From Poseidonia sp. (GTDB taxonomy: Archaea; Thermoplasmatota; Poseidoniia; Poseidoniales; Poseidoniaceae): 64,000 bases of DNA. The stretch is taken from contig CBFIDD010000006.1 of the NCBI GenBank assembly GCA_965661285.1, positions 61,887 to 125,886 on the forward strand, in the 5' to 3' direction. Shown here in pieces: positions 39,596 to 49,900 of the stretch. The notes beneath the pieces are model-generated. The model was not told the DNA's origin. It did not search any database and saw only the letters and a list, made by a program, of their open reading frames with translations. The stretch's first letter is position 1. Each line of letters opens with the position of its first letter. The position numbers were made by a program, and so were the translations under genes.

Positions 39596-39945
39596 AACGC
39601 TCAGTGGATGGCTTCCGCGGGCCGCTTATGAGGGTGTGTATGGCCAATACTGGCAAAAAAACAGGTTCAATACCATCACTTCAACCGAAACTGAATATTA
39701 CACACCCGTCATGAATAAAAAGCCCATAGAATACCAATTCACGAGCCTTATCGAGGAAAAAAAGATTAAAAATTTTAACTTGAAAGAAGAGAAAATCGAC
39801 TAGGTGTTCTGTTCAAACAGATCGTCCAAAACGGGCTGTTTCTTATCCCCGGGACCCGCTGAGGCGCCCAAAACCATCTCTTTTTTCCATTCATCCTGCA
39901 TATTTTTTCAGCAAGTTTGAATAGAAACGGCGTCTTGGGCGGGTC

Positions 39946-40806
39946 ATGCTCGGCCACGTGGGCGGTAAATGGCTCGACCGGTTGCACCAACAACTTGCGA
40001 AAGAACTTCGGTCCATCGGATGGACACAAATGCAGATCGCAAAAGCGACCGGCTCAACCCAGAGCACCGTTTCACGACTCGTCACCAAATCCGCGCTTCC
40101 GCTCGGTGCGTCCGCCGATGAGGACACCATTGATGGCTGGGCCCGGGAACTGGCCCAATCGCTCGCTCAATTCGGCCCGGATGCGACGATTGTACGCCAG
40201 CGACTGGTGTTCGAACTCCAATTTGGCGGAACGCAAACACTTCGTTATGACAAGACCCTGACCGGCGTTGACCTTGACGTGGACCAATCCTCCAAAGCCA
40301 TTCTCCGACGCCTCGACTGGGCGACCGGGCGTCTTGATTTGAAGCGACTGAAGACCTACATGCCAGCCGTTGGAATGAACATTGCCACATGTGCACCCGA
40401 TGCCACCGCTGCCGACCAAGTTGCAGCCTATCCTGGCAGGATGACACTGGTCGATAGCGTCCTTCGCCGGCACGAAACTCCCGTATTTGGGGGCTCAAAT
40501 CATTTGGCGAAACTGCTTCTCCAAGCCAAGGGGATTGACTCAGAAAAAGTGGCGATCCTTAACCTCAAGCCGCCAACACTCGACGGCATGGTTGACCAAG
40601 GAGACATCAACTACATCTCTGACGAATTGGATTACAGACTCGGCTATGCCGTGAAGGGTGAACTCCAGCCGCACGAAGGTCGTCTCGACCTCATTCTCGA
40701 CGAGGGAGCGTTTGGCTGGGAGCCCTCCCTCTACATCCTCGGACCAAACCCCATGGACCTCATTGACCGAACACATGCGATCATCGATGCGATGGACACG
40801 GAGTGA
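39946..40806 (+). CDS. HTH + ThiN-like domain thiamine regulator (ThiR-like)
   Basis: N-terminal HTH GWTQMQIAKATGSTQSTVSR; ThiN-like MPAVGMNI, VAAYPGR, FGGSNHLA, DEGAFGWEP; precedes thiBPQ. Confidence 0.8.
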   Translation: MLGHVGGKWLDRLHQQLAKELRSIGWTQMQIAKATGSTQSTVSRLVTKSALPLGASADEDTIDGWARELAQSLAQFGPDATIVRQRLVFELQFGGTQTLRYDKTLTGVDLDVDQSSKAILRRLDWATGRLDLKRLKTYMPAVGMNIATCAPDATAADQVAAYPGRMTLVDSVLRRHETPVFGGSNHLAKLLLQAKGIDSEKVAILNLKPPTLDGMVDQGDINYISDELDYRLGYAVKGELQPHEGRLDLILDEGAFGWEPSLYILGPNPMDLIDRTHAIIDAMDTE

Positions 40807-41939
40807 TGAACATGCGAACAACACTACTGATTTTGACAATACTGATAGCAGCACCCCTCAGCGGCTGCATCGAAACACTGGAACCCTTGACTGCAGACGA
40901 AGACGGACGCTGTGCAATCCTGGAGCCAGGGCGCACGTCCGACGGTGTCCTGCGCATTCTCACCTACGATATTGCCGCATTCTCCGAAGAGATGTTGACG
41001 ACCTTCACGAACCAGTCCGGGTACGAGATTGAAATGATTCGGGTTGATGATTCCGGTGGCATTCTTGAGCAGCTCCTGCAAACACAGCAAGCCCAACAGG
41101 CGGACCTGGCCATCGGACTTGACAACACCTACCTCCAAACCGCCCTGAATTTCTGTTTGCTCCAACCGCACCAAACCAACGTCACCGGCATCTCCACCAC
41201 GGCCCTTGAGCCGTACAGTGGGCCCAATGCCCTCCCGTTTGACCGAGGGGACGTCTGTTTGAACTACGACGAATCCCGAGTGGACGGCACCAACCTCACC
41301 GTACCAACCTCGCTATGGAACCTGACGCAGCCCGAATGGTCTGGGCTCACGGCGTTTCCCTCCCCCGTCACCTCCTCTCCTGGCCGGGCGTTCATGTCGG
41401 CGACCATTGACTACTTCGAAAACGATGACGACACCTCCACCGATGCGTTCGATTGGTGGGAAGCGATGGCCGACAACGATGCTATCTTCACCACCGGTTG
41501 GACAGAGGCTTACGAAATCCACTACAGCGGCGGCTACGGCGAGTGGGTGGAAGGCCATCTCGGCGATGCTGCCATGACGGTTTCGTACTGCCATTCCCCG
41601 GGCGTAGAGGCCTTCTACAGCGGGAATTGGACAAAATCCACCTCCCTCACGTTGGAACGGTCGACCTTCCACCAAGTGGAGTATGCCGGCGTCATTAACG
41701 GTGGCACCGAACTTGAAGCGGCGAACGCCTTCATCACGTACCTGCTTTCCGAGGACGTCAATCGGAACATGCCCGAAAACAACCTCATGCAATCGGTGCT
41801 TGTCAACGCCACGTGGCCCGAAACCGACGGCTATGCATACCACACGGATCTCCCGACGATGAACGCTCAAATCAGCAACGAACGCATTGCAGACGAAATG
41901 GAAACGTGGATTTCCGAGTGGAAGAACGCCACAGCGTAG
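40806..41939 (+). CDS. thiB: Thiamine ABC transporter substrate-binding lipoprotein
   Basis: Lipobox LSGC; LTYD, ADLAIGLDNT, TSSPGRAF, GWTEAY, VSY.HSP, QVEYAG. Confidence 0.9.
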   Translation: MNMRTTLLILTILIAAPLSGCIETLEPLTADEDGRCAILEPGRTSDGVLRILTYDIAAFSEEMLTTFTNQSGYEIEMIRVDDSGGILEQLLQTQQAQQADLAIGLDNTYLQTALNFCLLQPHQTNVTGISTTALEPYSGPNALPFDRGDVCLNYDESRVDGTNLTVPTSLWNLTQPEWSGLTAFPSPVTSSPGRAFMSATIDYFENDDDTSTDAFDWWEAMADNDAIFTTGWTEAYEIHYSGGYGEWVEGHLGDAAMTVSYCHSPGVEAFYSGNWTKSTSLTLERSTFHQVEYAGVINGGTELEAANAFITYLLSEDVNRNMPENNLMQSVLVNATWPETDGYAYHTDLPTMNAQISNERIADEMETWISEWKNATA

Positions 41940-41947
41940 GTGAGACC

Positions 41948-43708
41948 ATGTCTGCCGAGTGGAGGGCCCGTTTTGCGGGCGTGCCACTCATCCAGTGGAT
42001 GGCCGTTGTGTTTGTCATCGGCCTGGGGCTTTTTCCCATCACGTTGGCGTTGCTTCGCCTTTGGGCGGTCACCGGCATCACGCCCCTTGTGGCCCTCACT
42101 ACGTTTCATGAACAGCCCGGTGCCGTCGAAGCGTTCCGCTTTTCACTCTTGGAGGCGATGGCCTCGACCGGGATCACCGTACTCATCGGCTTGCCCCTCG
42201 CTTGGGCGTTTGGTCGCTATCAATGGCGAAACATCGGGCTGAAGCGCGCCCTTCTGTTCCTTCCGTTTGTCACACCGCCCATCGTCGCTGCAGTTGGCTT
42301 CCTGGCGCTGATGTCGCCGGGTGGTGTCCTTCACACACTCGGATTTGACCTTCGTGCAGAATCGGGCCTCATCGGCTGGATTGCAACGGAAACGGGATGG
42401 GAGCATCCCGGACATTTCATCGCCCTCGTCACCGCTCACGTTTGGTTCAATCTCTCGCTGATGATTCGCTTCGTTGAACCGGTCGTCGCACAATTGGACC
42501 CGAGATGGGAAGAACAATTGGCGCTGCTTCCTGCAGGCGATACCCGATACGGCCGGTTTCGCCATCTCTGGTTGCCCGTTCTCGGGCCCGCAACGTTGGT
42601 AGCGGCCACATACACGTTTTTCTTCAGTTTCACCTCCTTCGCCTTGGTCAAGTGGCTCGCACCGTCTTCAAACACCTTGGAATCCTTGTTGGGGGAAATG
42701 GGAGGGACGGCAGGCATTCCGGGGTACCGTGTGGAAACAAGTCTCGCTGTGCTCGCCATCGCCACCTTCCAAATGCTGCTTATGCTCGTGATGCTCATCT
42801 TGGCAGGTCGGTTTGAGCGACGCCACAGCCAAGTCTTGTCATTGCATCACGAATCCATGAACAGGGAGCGGCACGGAAAGCCATCGGGGCGGTGGACGTG
42901 GTTCGTCAACGGTATGCTCGTCATGCTGCTGGCACCGCTCGCTTCGGTTCTTTTGGCCTCGTTCCGTGTTCGAGGGGTTGACGGCGACAGCTCGGCACAG
43001 TGGACGCTTGAAGGATGGCGAAGGGCATGGAGTGGTGATTTCTCAACGGTTCCTTTGATGGAGGCCTTGACCAATTCCCTATCCTATGCCTTCATCGCCC
43101 TCCTCGTCGCGTTGCCGGTGGGATACGCCGTCGCTTCGTGTTTGGTAACCCTGCGAGAACAGGGGCATGAGCGGGCTGCAGGCGTCTTGGATTCCTTGTG
43201 CATGCTGCCGTTGTCGATGTCGGCCGTCATGGTTGGGCTTGGTATGGTAGCCGGTATTTTGCAGTGGTATCCCGAGATGTTTTCCTTCCCGTACCTCCCA
43301 GCTGTCCCTCACGTCATGTTGGTGTTGCCCTTTGTCATCCGATTGATGGTGCCCGCCATTGAGCGAATTGACCCTATTTACGCCGAACAGGCCTCCCTCC
43401 TCCCGATGGGGCCGGTCAGCGTCTGGTGGCACGCACGGGGTTCGTTTTTGGTGGTACCCGGCACGATGGCGGCTTCCCTGTGCCTCGCCTTTTCCATGGG
43501 TGAATTCGGTGCGACCTTTTTGGTGGTTCGCGTCGGTTCGTGGGACTCGCTTTCAATTCTGGTGGACCAGGTCGCTTCGAGGCCGAAGTTCGACCCCTAT
43601 GTGTTTCCCACCGCCATGGCTTTAGCCACCATTCTGATGCTCACCACGCTGCTTGTGCTCTCCATCAACGAGCGTGCACGTGCCTGGAGGTCTCGACATG
43701 ATGTTTGA
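41948..43708 (+). CDS. thiP: Thiamine ABC transporter permease
   Basis: Two permease halves (LPFVTPPIVAA, AHVWFN, FTSF; SMGEFGAT); start ATG 41948 with GGTGA SD. Confidence 0.85.
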   Translation: MSAEWRARFAGVPLIQWMAVVFVIGLGLFPITLALLRLWAVTGITPLVALTTFHEQPGAVEAFRFSLLEAMASTGITVLIGLPLAWAFGRYQWRNIGLKRALLFLPFVTPPIVAAVGFLALMSPGGVLHTLGFDLRAESGLIGWIATETGWEHPGHFIALVTAHVWFNLSLMIRFVEPVVAQLDPRWEEQLALLPAGDTRYGRFRHLWLPVLGPATLVAATYTFFFSFTSFALVKWLAPSSNTLESLLGEMGGTAGIPGYRVETSLAVLAIATFQMLLMLVMLILAGRFERRHSQVLSLHHESMNRERHGKPSGRWTWFVNGMLVMLLAPLASVLLASFRVRGVDGDSSAQWTLEGWRRAWSGDFSTVPLMEALTNSLSYAFIALLVALPVGYAVASCLVTLREQGHERAAGVLDSLCMLPLSMSAVMVGLGMVAGILQWYPEMFSFPYLPAVPHVMLVLPFVIRLMVPAIERIDPIYAEQASLLPMGPVSVWWHARGSFLVVPGTMAASLCLAFSMGEFGATFLVVRVGSWDSLSILVDQVASRPKFDPYVFPTAMALATILMLTTLLVLSINERARAWRSRHDV

Positions 43709-44348
43709 ATTGAGAAAGGCTGCTGTACGCCTTGGAGACTGGTTGGTGTTTGAGGGTGTGAACCTCCGTGTTCAACCGGGTGAAATTGTGTCCATTCTCG
43801 GTCCGAGCGGATGTGGAAAAACCACGTTGCTTCGTGCTTGTTGCGGACTTGAGCATCTTGAATCCGGTGAGCGCTTCTTGAACGATGTCCCGCTCCAAAA
43901 CGCCAGTGTTGAACGTGAAATCACCATGCTTTTTCAGCAACCTGTCCTCTACCCTCATCTCAACGTCGCACAAAACATCGCACTCGGAGCGGAAAAGAAG
44001 ATGGGAAAATCCGAGAAAATGAAACGCATCGCCGCCATACTCAACGCCATCGGGCTGGACGAGTTCCAGGTTCGAGGCGTGGCAGGGCTGTCGGGAGGCG
44101 AAGCACAGCGGGTGGCCTTTGGGCGTGCGTTGATGCAGGAACCCAACGTGATCATGCTCGACGAACCGTTTGCCTCGGTGGACGTCAAACGCCGGTTGGA
44201 CCTTGCCGCTATGACCCGAACGCATCTCAAAGAACGCAACATCACGGCCCTTCACGTCACGCACGACAAAGAGGAGGCTGCGGTTCTCTCCGACCGCATC
44301 ATTCATTGGAAGGAATTGGTAGAGCCGGACACAGAGGTCGTTGAGTGA
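43698..44348 (+). CDS. thiQ: ABC transporter ATP-binding protein
   Basis: GPSGCGKT, LSGGEAQRVA, MLDEPF, HVTHD; symbol assigned from context. Confidence 0.85.
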   Translation: MMFELRKAAVRLGDWLVFEGVNLRVQPGEIVSILGPSGCGKTTLLRACCGLEHLESGERFLNDVPLQNASVEREITMLFQQPVLYPHLNVAQNIALGAEKKMGKSEKMKRIAAILNAIGLDEFQVRGVAGLSGGEAQRVAFGRALMQEPNVIMLDEPFASVDVKRRLDLAAMTRTHLKERNITALHVTHDKEEAAVLSDRIIHWKELVEPDTEVVE

Positions 44349-45040
44349 CGCCAGGCATGAAGCATGATTGGCCCGTCATTGACCGGTGGTGGCCAGACCG
44401 GGCATCGTGGTCCCGACTGAAGTACGCCTCGTTCCTCCTCTCGCTCTTTCTTGTCTTGGGTGCGCTTCCTTACGGTCTCATCAATCGATTCTCCGCTTGG
44501 CGTGGAACGAGCACGTACAATTTTGAGATGTCGCTGGACTGGGATTTGCCTTTTGTCCCCTGGATGGTCATTCCCTACTACTCGTTTTACCTCTATTTCC
44601 CCTTGGCAGCCTGGTTGGGCGCCTCAAACGGGTTCCGCCGTCAAGGCTTGGTGTTCTTTCAAAGGTTGATCGTGGCTGCTTGGATAGCGTTTGCCATGTT
44701 TCTCATCTTCCCCGTAGAGATTGAACTCCGCTCCCAGGCCACCGGAGCTGAGGGGTTGTTTGGCTTGTTGATGGCGGGCCTCCATGAGGCCGACGCACCG
44801 TACAATGCGTGGCCGTCCGTCCATGTCCTCTTGGGCATCCTCGTCGTCTTCTTCGTTCGATTTGTCGAGCGGAAGAACGAAACCTGGACGCCGCTCAAAG
44901 GGGTAAGTTCGTGGACAGCATGCGCGTTGCTGGTGGCCTCCACGGTTCTCATCAAGCAGCACTACGTGTTTGACGCCATATCGGGCACAGCGTTGGCCTT
45001 CGTGCTCTGGTATGGCTGGATTCGCCCTGCGCTCAACTGA
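44345..45040 (+). CDS. PAP2-superfamily membrane phosphatase (Aur1/IPC-synthase-like)
   Basis: D.PYNAWPSVH, STVLIKQHYVFDAISG; several TM helices. Confidence 0.82.
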   Translation: MTPGMKHDWPVIDRWWPDRASWSRLKYASFLLSLFLVLGALPYGLINRFSAWRGTSTYNFEMSLDWDLPFVPWMVIPYYSFYLYFPLAAWLGASNGFRRQGLVFFQRLIVAAWIAFAMFLIFPVEIELRSQATGAEGLFGLLMAGLHEADAPYNAWPSVHVLLGILVVFFVRFVERKNETWTPLKGVSSWTACALLVASTVLIKQHYVFDAISGTALAFVLWYGWIRPALN

Positions 45041-45102
45041 GGAACAGTGCTTGAGAAATCAAAGAATTATTTTTTTAAATCACCGTTCACTAAAGAATTT
45101 CC

Positions 45103-45345
45103 GTGGCTGAGGTTGAGTGCCCCACCTGCGAAGGAGACGTCGAAGTCCCCAATGTTTCTGGCCATTACACCTGCCCGCTTTGCGATGCAGAGTTCGAATT
45201 TGAATCACAGGGCTTCTCCAATGACGAAGGTGAGGTTGGAAAAATCAATCCCATCCTCTATTTTGTTGGTGTGATGGCGATCGCCATGGTTCTAAATTTC
45301 CTTGCCAGCGTGTTGGGCTTGGACCAACCAGGATTTGGACCATAG
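45103..45345 (+). CDS. Small zinc-ribbon protein with C-terminal TM helix
   Basis: CPTC...CPLC; TM ILYFVGVMAIAMVLNFLASVLG; GTG start after an AT-rich promoter-like tract. Confidence 0.65.
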   Translation: MAEVECPTCEGDVEVPNVSGHYTCPLCDAEFEFESQGFSNDEGEVGKINPILYFVGVMAIAMVLNFLASVLGLDQPGFGP

Positions 45346-45405
45346 ACGAATCCCTATCTGCTTGTACGATGCTTGGTCAACACAAACAGCCGGAAAACTC
45401 AGCAT

Positions 45406-46872
45406 TCAACTGAACAAGGCGTTCACGGCTTCGGCGTTGGTCAAGTAGATGGTGAGACCAACACCGGCCATAATCATCATCCACGAACCGATCATCTTGA
45501 TGTGACCGGTTGCTCGTCGCAGGAAGTTGATCATCACTTGACGACCCATCCCCACCAGCATGGTGACGGCGATCATCAAAATCAGCAAACCGACCATCAG
45601 GCCAGCGATGCCGAAGCCAATAGCGGTCGTACCGAGCGTGCTCAGGAAGATGACGAACGGGAGGACCGCTGCCGCCGTGCAGTCAATGGAGGCCGCAGCG
45701 TAGCCAATACCGTAGAGGTACATGTTGCGACGTGGCGTAAAGGTCTCATCGGCCTCCGTGGTGCTGTATTTGTCGACGAGGTTCTGAACGAAGCCCATCA
45801 CGTGGGAGGTGATGCCAAGCAACATCATCGAGCCCAACACAACGAGGAGAAGGGCGATGAAGATGGCGATGTAGTGGATAATACCCGAGCTTGCAAAGGC
45901 TTCGCCCATCAACAGGGCGACAATGCCAATGATGCCAAAGAAGGTCCACATCCCAAGACCCGAAAGCACGCCGATGTTGAAGGAACTCGGCATGCGCGTT
46001 TTGAGTTTGCCCTCCTCAATGAGTTCGTCTTCACGCGCCCCCAGCGAGAGGTAGTAGGAGATGAATCCCGGCAGGACGGGGAAAGCACAGGGTGAGAAAT
46101 AGACGAGAATCGAGAGGATGAGGCCCAACACAAAGACAGCGGTAAACGACGTCTCAGGTTCCTCCCAGCCGATTCTGGAATCAAAAGTCTCGGTGATGTC
46201 TTCGGTTAGGGCGGTCTCAAGGATCCCGTCGAACTTCTCCCACCCGTCAACGGGCGTTCCGGTCGCTTGCTGAGCGATGATGTACCCTTCTTCGTCAAGG
46301 ATGAGCACGACGGGAATTTGGCCCGTACCGCCCGTCGTGAACAAACGGACGGGATCGGTGGTGGTTCCATCATCGAGCACGGCTGCCTCAGTAGATCCAA
46401 ATCCTGTGGGATAAAGCGGAACAGTGTATTCGCCACCACTCTCACTCAGATACTCCACCGATTCTCCGTACCAAGCGCCGTAAGCGAAGATTTTGAGCGA
46501 TTTGTTGTTGGCTGCGGCCGTTGCTTGCCAGTCCTCCATCTCTTCCTCGATGTGCTCTTGGACGAGGTGACAATTGCTGCAGTCACGAGCCATCAAATCA
46601 AGGATGACCACGCTCCCGCGATGGTCGTTGAGGTTGAACCACCCGGTTTCATTCACGAAGTCCGCCTCAACATCGCTGCGGTTGAGGGACTCGTAGACGA
46701 TGTTGGGAATGGGGGCGGGTTCTGCATCGGACTGGAACAACTCGTCCATGCTGTCAAACATCGAAAGCGCAGCGAAGGAAATCGTACCGAACATCACGAC
46801 GGCGATAACAAACGCCTGCCACGTATCCTTCTGCTTGAACACACCCCAATCGGCTTGGTCCAGAAGGCCCAT
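45406..46872 (-). CDS. ccdA: Thioredoxin-like domain fused to CcdA/DsbD transmembrane domain
   Basis: VVILDLMARDCSNC (CxxC), QIPVVLILDEEG; FSPCAFPVLP, ASIDCT; likely start ATG 46872. Confidence 0.85.
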   Translation of the reverse strand: MGLLDQADWGVFKQKDTWQAFVIAVVMFGTISFAALSMFDSMDELFQSDAEPAPIPNIVYESLNRSDVEADFVNETGWFNLNDHRGSVVILDLMARDCSNCHLVQEHIEEEMEDWQATAAANNKSLKIFAYGAWYGESVEYLSESGGEYTVPLYPTGFGSTEAAVLDDGTTTDPVRLFTTGGTGQIPVVLILDEEGYIIAQQATGTPVDGWEKFDGILETALTEDITETFDSRIGWEEPETSFTAVFVLGLILSILVYFSPCAFPVLPGFISYYLSLGAREDELIEEGKLKTRMPSSFNIGVLSGLGMWTFFGIIGIVALLMGEAFASSGIIHYIAIFIALLLVVLGSMMLLGITSHVMGFVQNLVDKYSTTEADETFTPRRNMYLYGIGYAAASIDCTAAAVLPFVIFLSTLGTTAIGFGIAGLMVGLLILMIAVTMLVGMGRQVMINFLRRATGHIKMIGSWMMIMAGVGLTIYLTNAEAVNALFS

Positions 46873-46920
46873 ACATACCACTGGGCGCGGGTCGTTGAAG
46901 AATGTAGCCCAGACAATTCA

Positions 46921-49900
46921 TCAATCATCAAAAAAATCCGAATCATCACCGTCAAACGAAGGGACTTCTGCTTTTACAAGTCGCCAATGCGTGAAATTGT
47001 TTGGGTTATATTCCTCATCGCGATCGGAAGCTGCAGTGTGCCACGGAATGCGTGGCCTGTGGTCTAGATTGGAATGAAGCCAGTCAACTTTTGTTTGGTC
47101 CTCAGCCAAATCCGAATGGAAATCATCTAGACTCGATTTCAGTTCATCCGCATATTGTTTCAACTCATTTGTGAGCAAAATCGGTATTTGCCGATTGTCT
47201 GGATTAGAACTGATGACAACTTGGAGGCTTGCTGGGACGAATAACTCTGACAAGAGGTTTGCAAATGCAACCTCCAATTGGAGTTTGCTATACATATCAA
47301 ACGAAGGAACCTCGGTATTGTACGGCAGTCCTAATTCTTCCATAAGATTGCGCTTCAATCGAACGAGCGTATAATTCCAAACGGTGGATATCGCTGCGTT
47401 TTCCTGGTCTCGTAATTGGTCTTGCAACACATATCGCCCGTGTTCGACCATTCCTTCCAGTGAAACTACGCGCTGTATTGCGTTGAAAAGATCCTCCTGG
47501 GAGAAATTCTCTTTTGAGGACAGTGTCATACAAACCGACAAGTCAAATTTGAGACTCCGAATGAATTCAGTGAGCTGGATGAATTGCGACAATGGAATTC
47601 GTGGAGAGGCTTTTGTATTTCCAAACCTGTAGTGATAGGGTTTGAGACCACCTTTGAGATGAGCATCTGCACAAGCATCAAAGAATAGTTGGCGTAATTC
47701 GTCCGCACTCTCAGAATCCTTGTTCGGTTTCAAGAAAACCGATTTTACACCTTTCTTGACCACGGCGTCAAGGAAGATGTTGTTCTCAACGGCGATGTCC
47801 GCTTCTGTGAATCTTGGCGAACCATCCTCCTTCTTCACGAACTCAAAGTTAGCAACACCTTTTTTGTTATCAATTGCGTTCTTCAATTCATGGCGAGGCA
47901 GGTTCAAAACCCGTTTGGCTTCCTTCATCCAAAATTCGGGCTGACTTAACGTACGTTCTCGCACCTGCGCAACAGATTGTCGTTGCTTCGAAGACAAGTG
48001 CTGCTCAAACCAATCAAAGAATTTGTTTTCTCTTTGATATTGCATAGCGTTCTCGTCTGAGAGGAAGATGACAAACTTTAGTCCATCATCGAGGGGGATT
48101 TCCTTGGGTTTTTGGACCATGGTAACCCCGTGTTCGCCGTTGAATGTGCAGTCATAAATTCGCTCACACAATTTTTCAATGTCCATGTTCTTTTGAATGA
48201 ACTCTTGAAGCGTGGGGCCAGTTACGCCACCAATTCGGATTGTACGCATCTGCCTTTTGGCAACCGGTTTGTCCACATCAACATCCATAACGGAGAAAAA
48301 TCGGGTTACCAACTCAACAAGAACGGGACTTGCAAGTGAGGGGTGGTGCTCGAAAAGACTGTCGAGCGAGGATTGGTCTCCAAATACTGCGTAGTCTTCG
48401 TCCTCTCTATCGTCTTGTTGTTTCACGAGTAGTTTTCTGATACTCGGCCGCATCGTTTTTCCTATCAACCAGTCGGAGTTCGATTCCGGCGAGGGTGGAC
48501 GGTCGTTGAGCAACAACAGGCAAAGTGGGTCTAACTTTGTTAACGTAGAAACATCAACATAATCTTCTGAGTTGCGGGATCGGCCAATGAAATCCAGCAT
48601 GTCGTTAATGAGAGTCTGTTTGTATGGGTAGACATCGGCGATTTCAACAAAGCGATTTTCTCCATCCACTTTCTCGGAAAGAACGTTAAACAATGAGCGA
48701 ACGGAATACCTGTCCTCTTTCAAGAGGCGATGAATATCCTCGCTTCTTGAATTTTTAATCAGTTGGAGGCCTGCTCGCCGTATCAGATAGACGGGCATCC
48801 TATCCTTCAACATAAGAGTAAGAAGAGGTACGCTGTGTTCACTCTCTTCCCCGATATCGCCTTCGACTGTTGAGCTGAGGTTTTCCACGAATCCTTTTGA
48901 TTTGGTAGGGTGTTTGCGATACATAGCAATAGGCAGTCTCAAAATACATTCTGTTTGATGCTTGGATTCATAGGCCCAGCCCGGTAAAGCCAATTGAGGT
49001 TTGATAGCGTTCCACATTGCATTTAGTGATTCAGTTGCAAATCGCTCGTGAGTGAAATGGTCAATACCATCCAACCAGAATTCTGTGTTCTCTCCGATGA
49101 GATTAAACCAATAATCTTCGTCTTTTTGTTCGGCCCCAGTGTTGAAGATCTTTTCGAGTACTTCGAGCCCAGCAAGCACGCTGTTATCAGTTAGAATTGT
49201 TGAATTTTTTGAACTAAATCCAAAGTTCATAAATAATTCACTCCAGGCGTCAGCGGATTTTTCTTGCAGGTCACCACCGAAGAGATTGGTTTTGAAATAT
49301 TGTGCAAGGAGGTTGCCCTCATCTTTGTGTTTATCAGGCAACCATTCTGGGCTTTGAGACAGTAGAGCCAAGCAAGCATTGAATTCATTCACAAAATACT
49401 CGTAAACCACCGGTTTGAGGATGATGACATCATCATCCCTAATTTTCTTGCATTCAATTTGCTTCCTCAGGCCGACCATCCGCTCTAACCGTAAGCGGAG
49501 TGGATGAGTCTTATCGAAATGGTGTCCATCGCCGGCAATGGAACCAATGAAATAATTCACTATTTTTTTGCGTAGGTCCGAAGGTGATATTGAATCAATA
49601 TCGTCATTGTTGAGTTCATCAGTGAATGCTCCAATAAACATCTTCACTGCAAGGAAAGGGGCTCGACTTTTTGACAAAACCTTCCCAATCTTTTCATTTT
49701 TTGCAGCCAGTGTATGTTCAATGTGAGCGCCCTGATAGAAAATATTCGCAACCGGACTGTTTGATTTAATCATCTTTATCAGACTAAGGATCATTGAGAT
49801 GTATGGAGCATAGAGATTTGACGGGTCCTCATTGTCAACCTGTCTCTCAATAAGTGCATTGTGTGCTTCAATCAATTGCTTAAAATCGTCTGGATGAAGA

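Noticed and set aside
39600-39945. TPP riboswitch ahead of the thiamine transporter
   Set aside because: The CTGAGA / ACCTGA / GCGTAGG-type consensus elements were not found; a ThiR-like protein regulator is present instead.
46880-46920. Possible att-site copy at the far end of the island (TGGGCGCGGGTCGTTGAA)
   Set aside because: Only weak similarity to the tRNA 3' end, and it lies in the ccdA upstream region; no integrase in the window.
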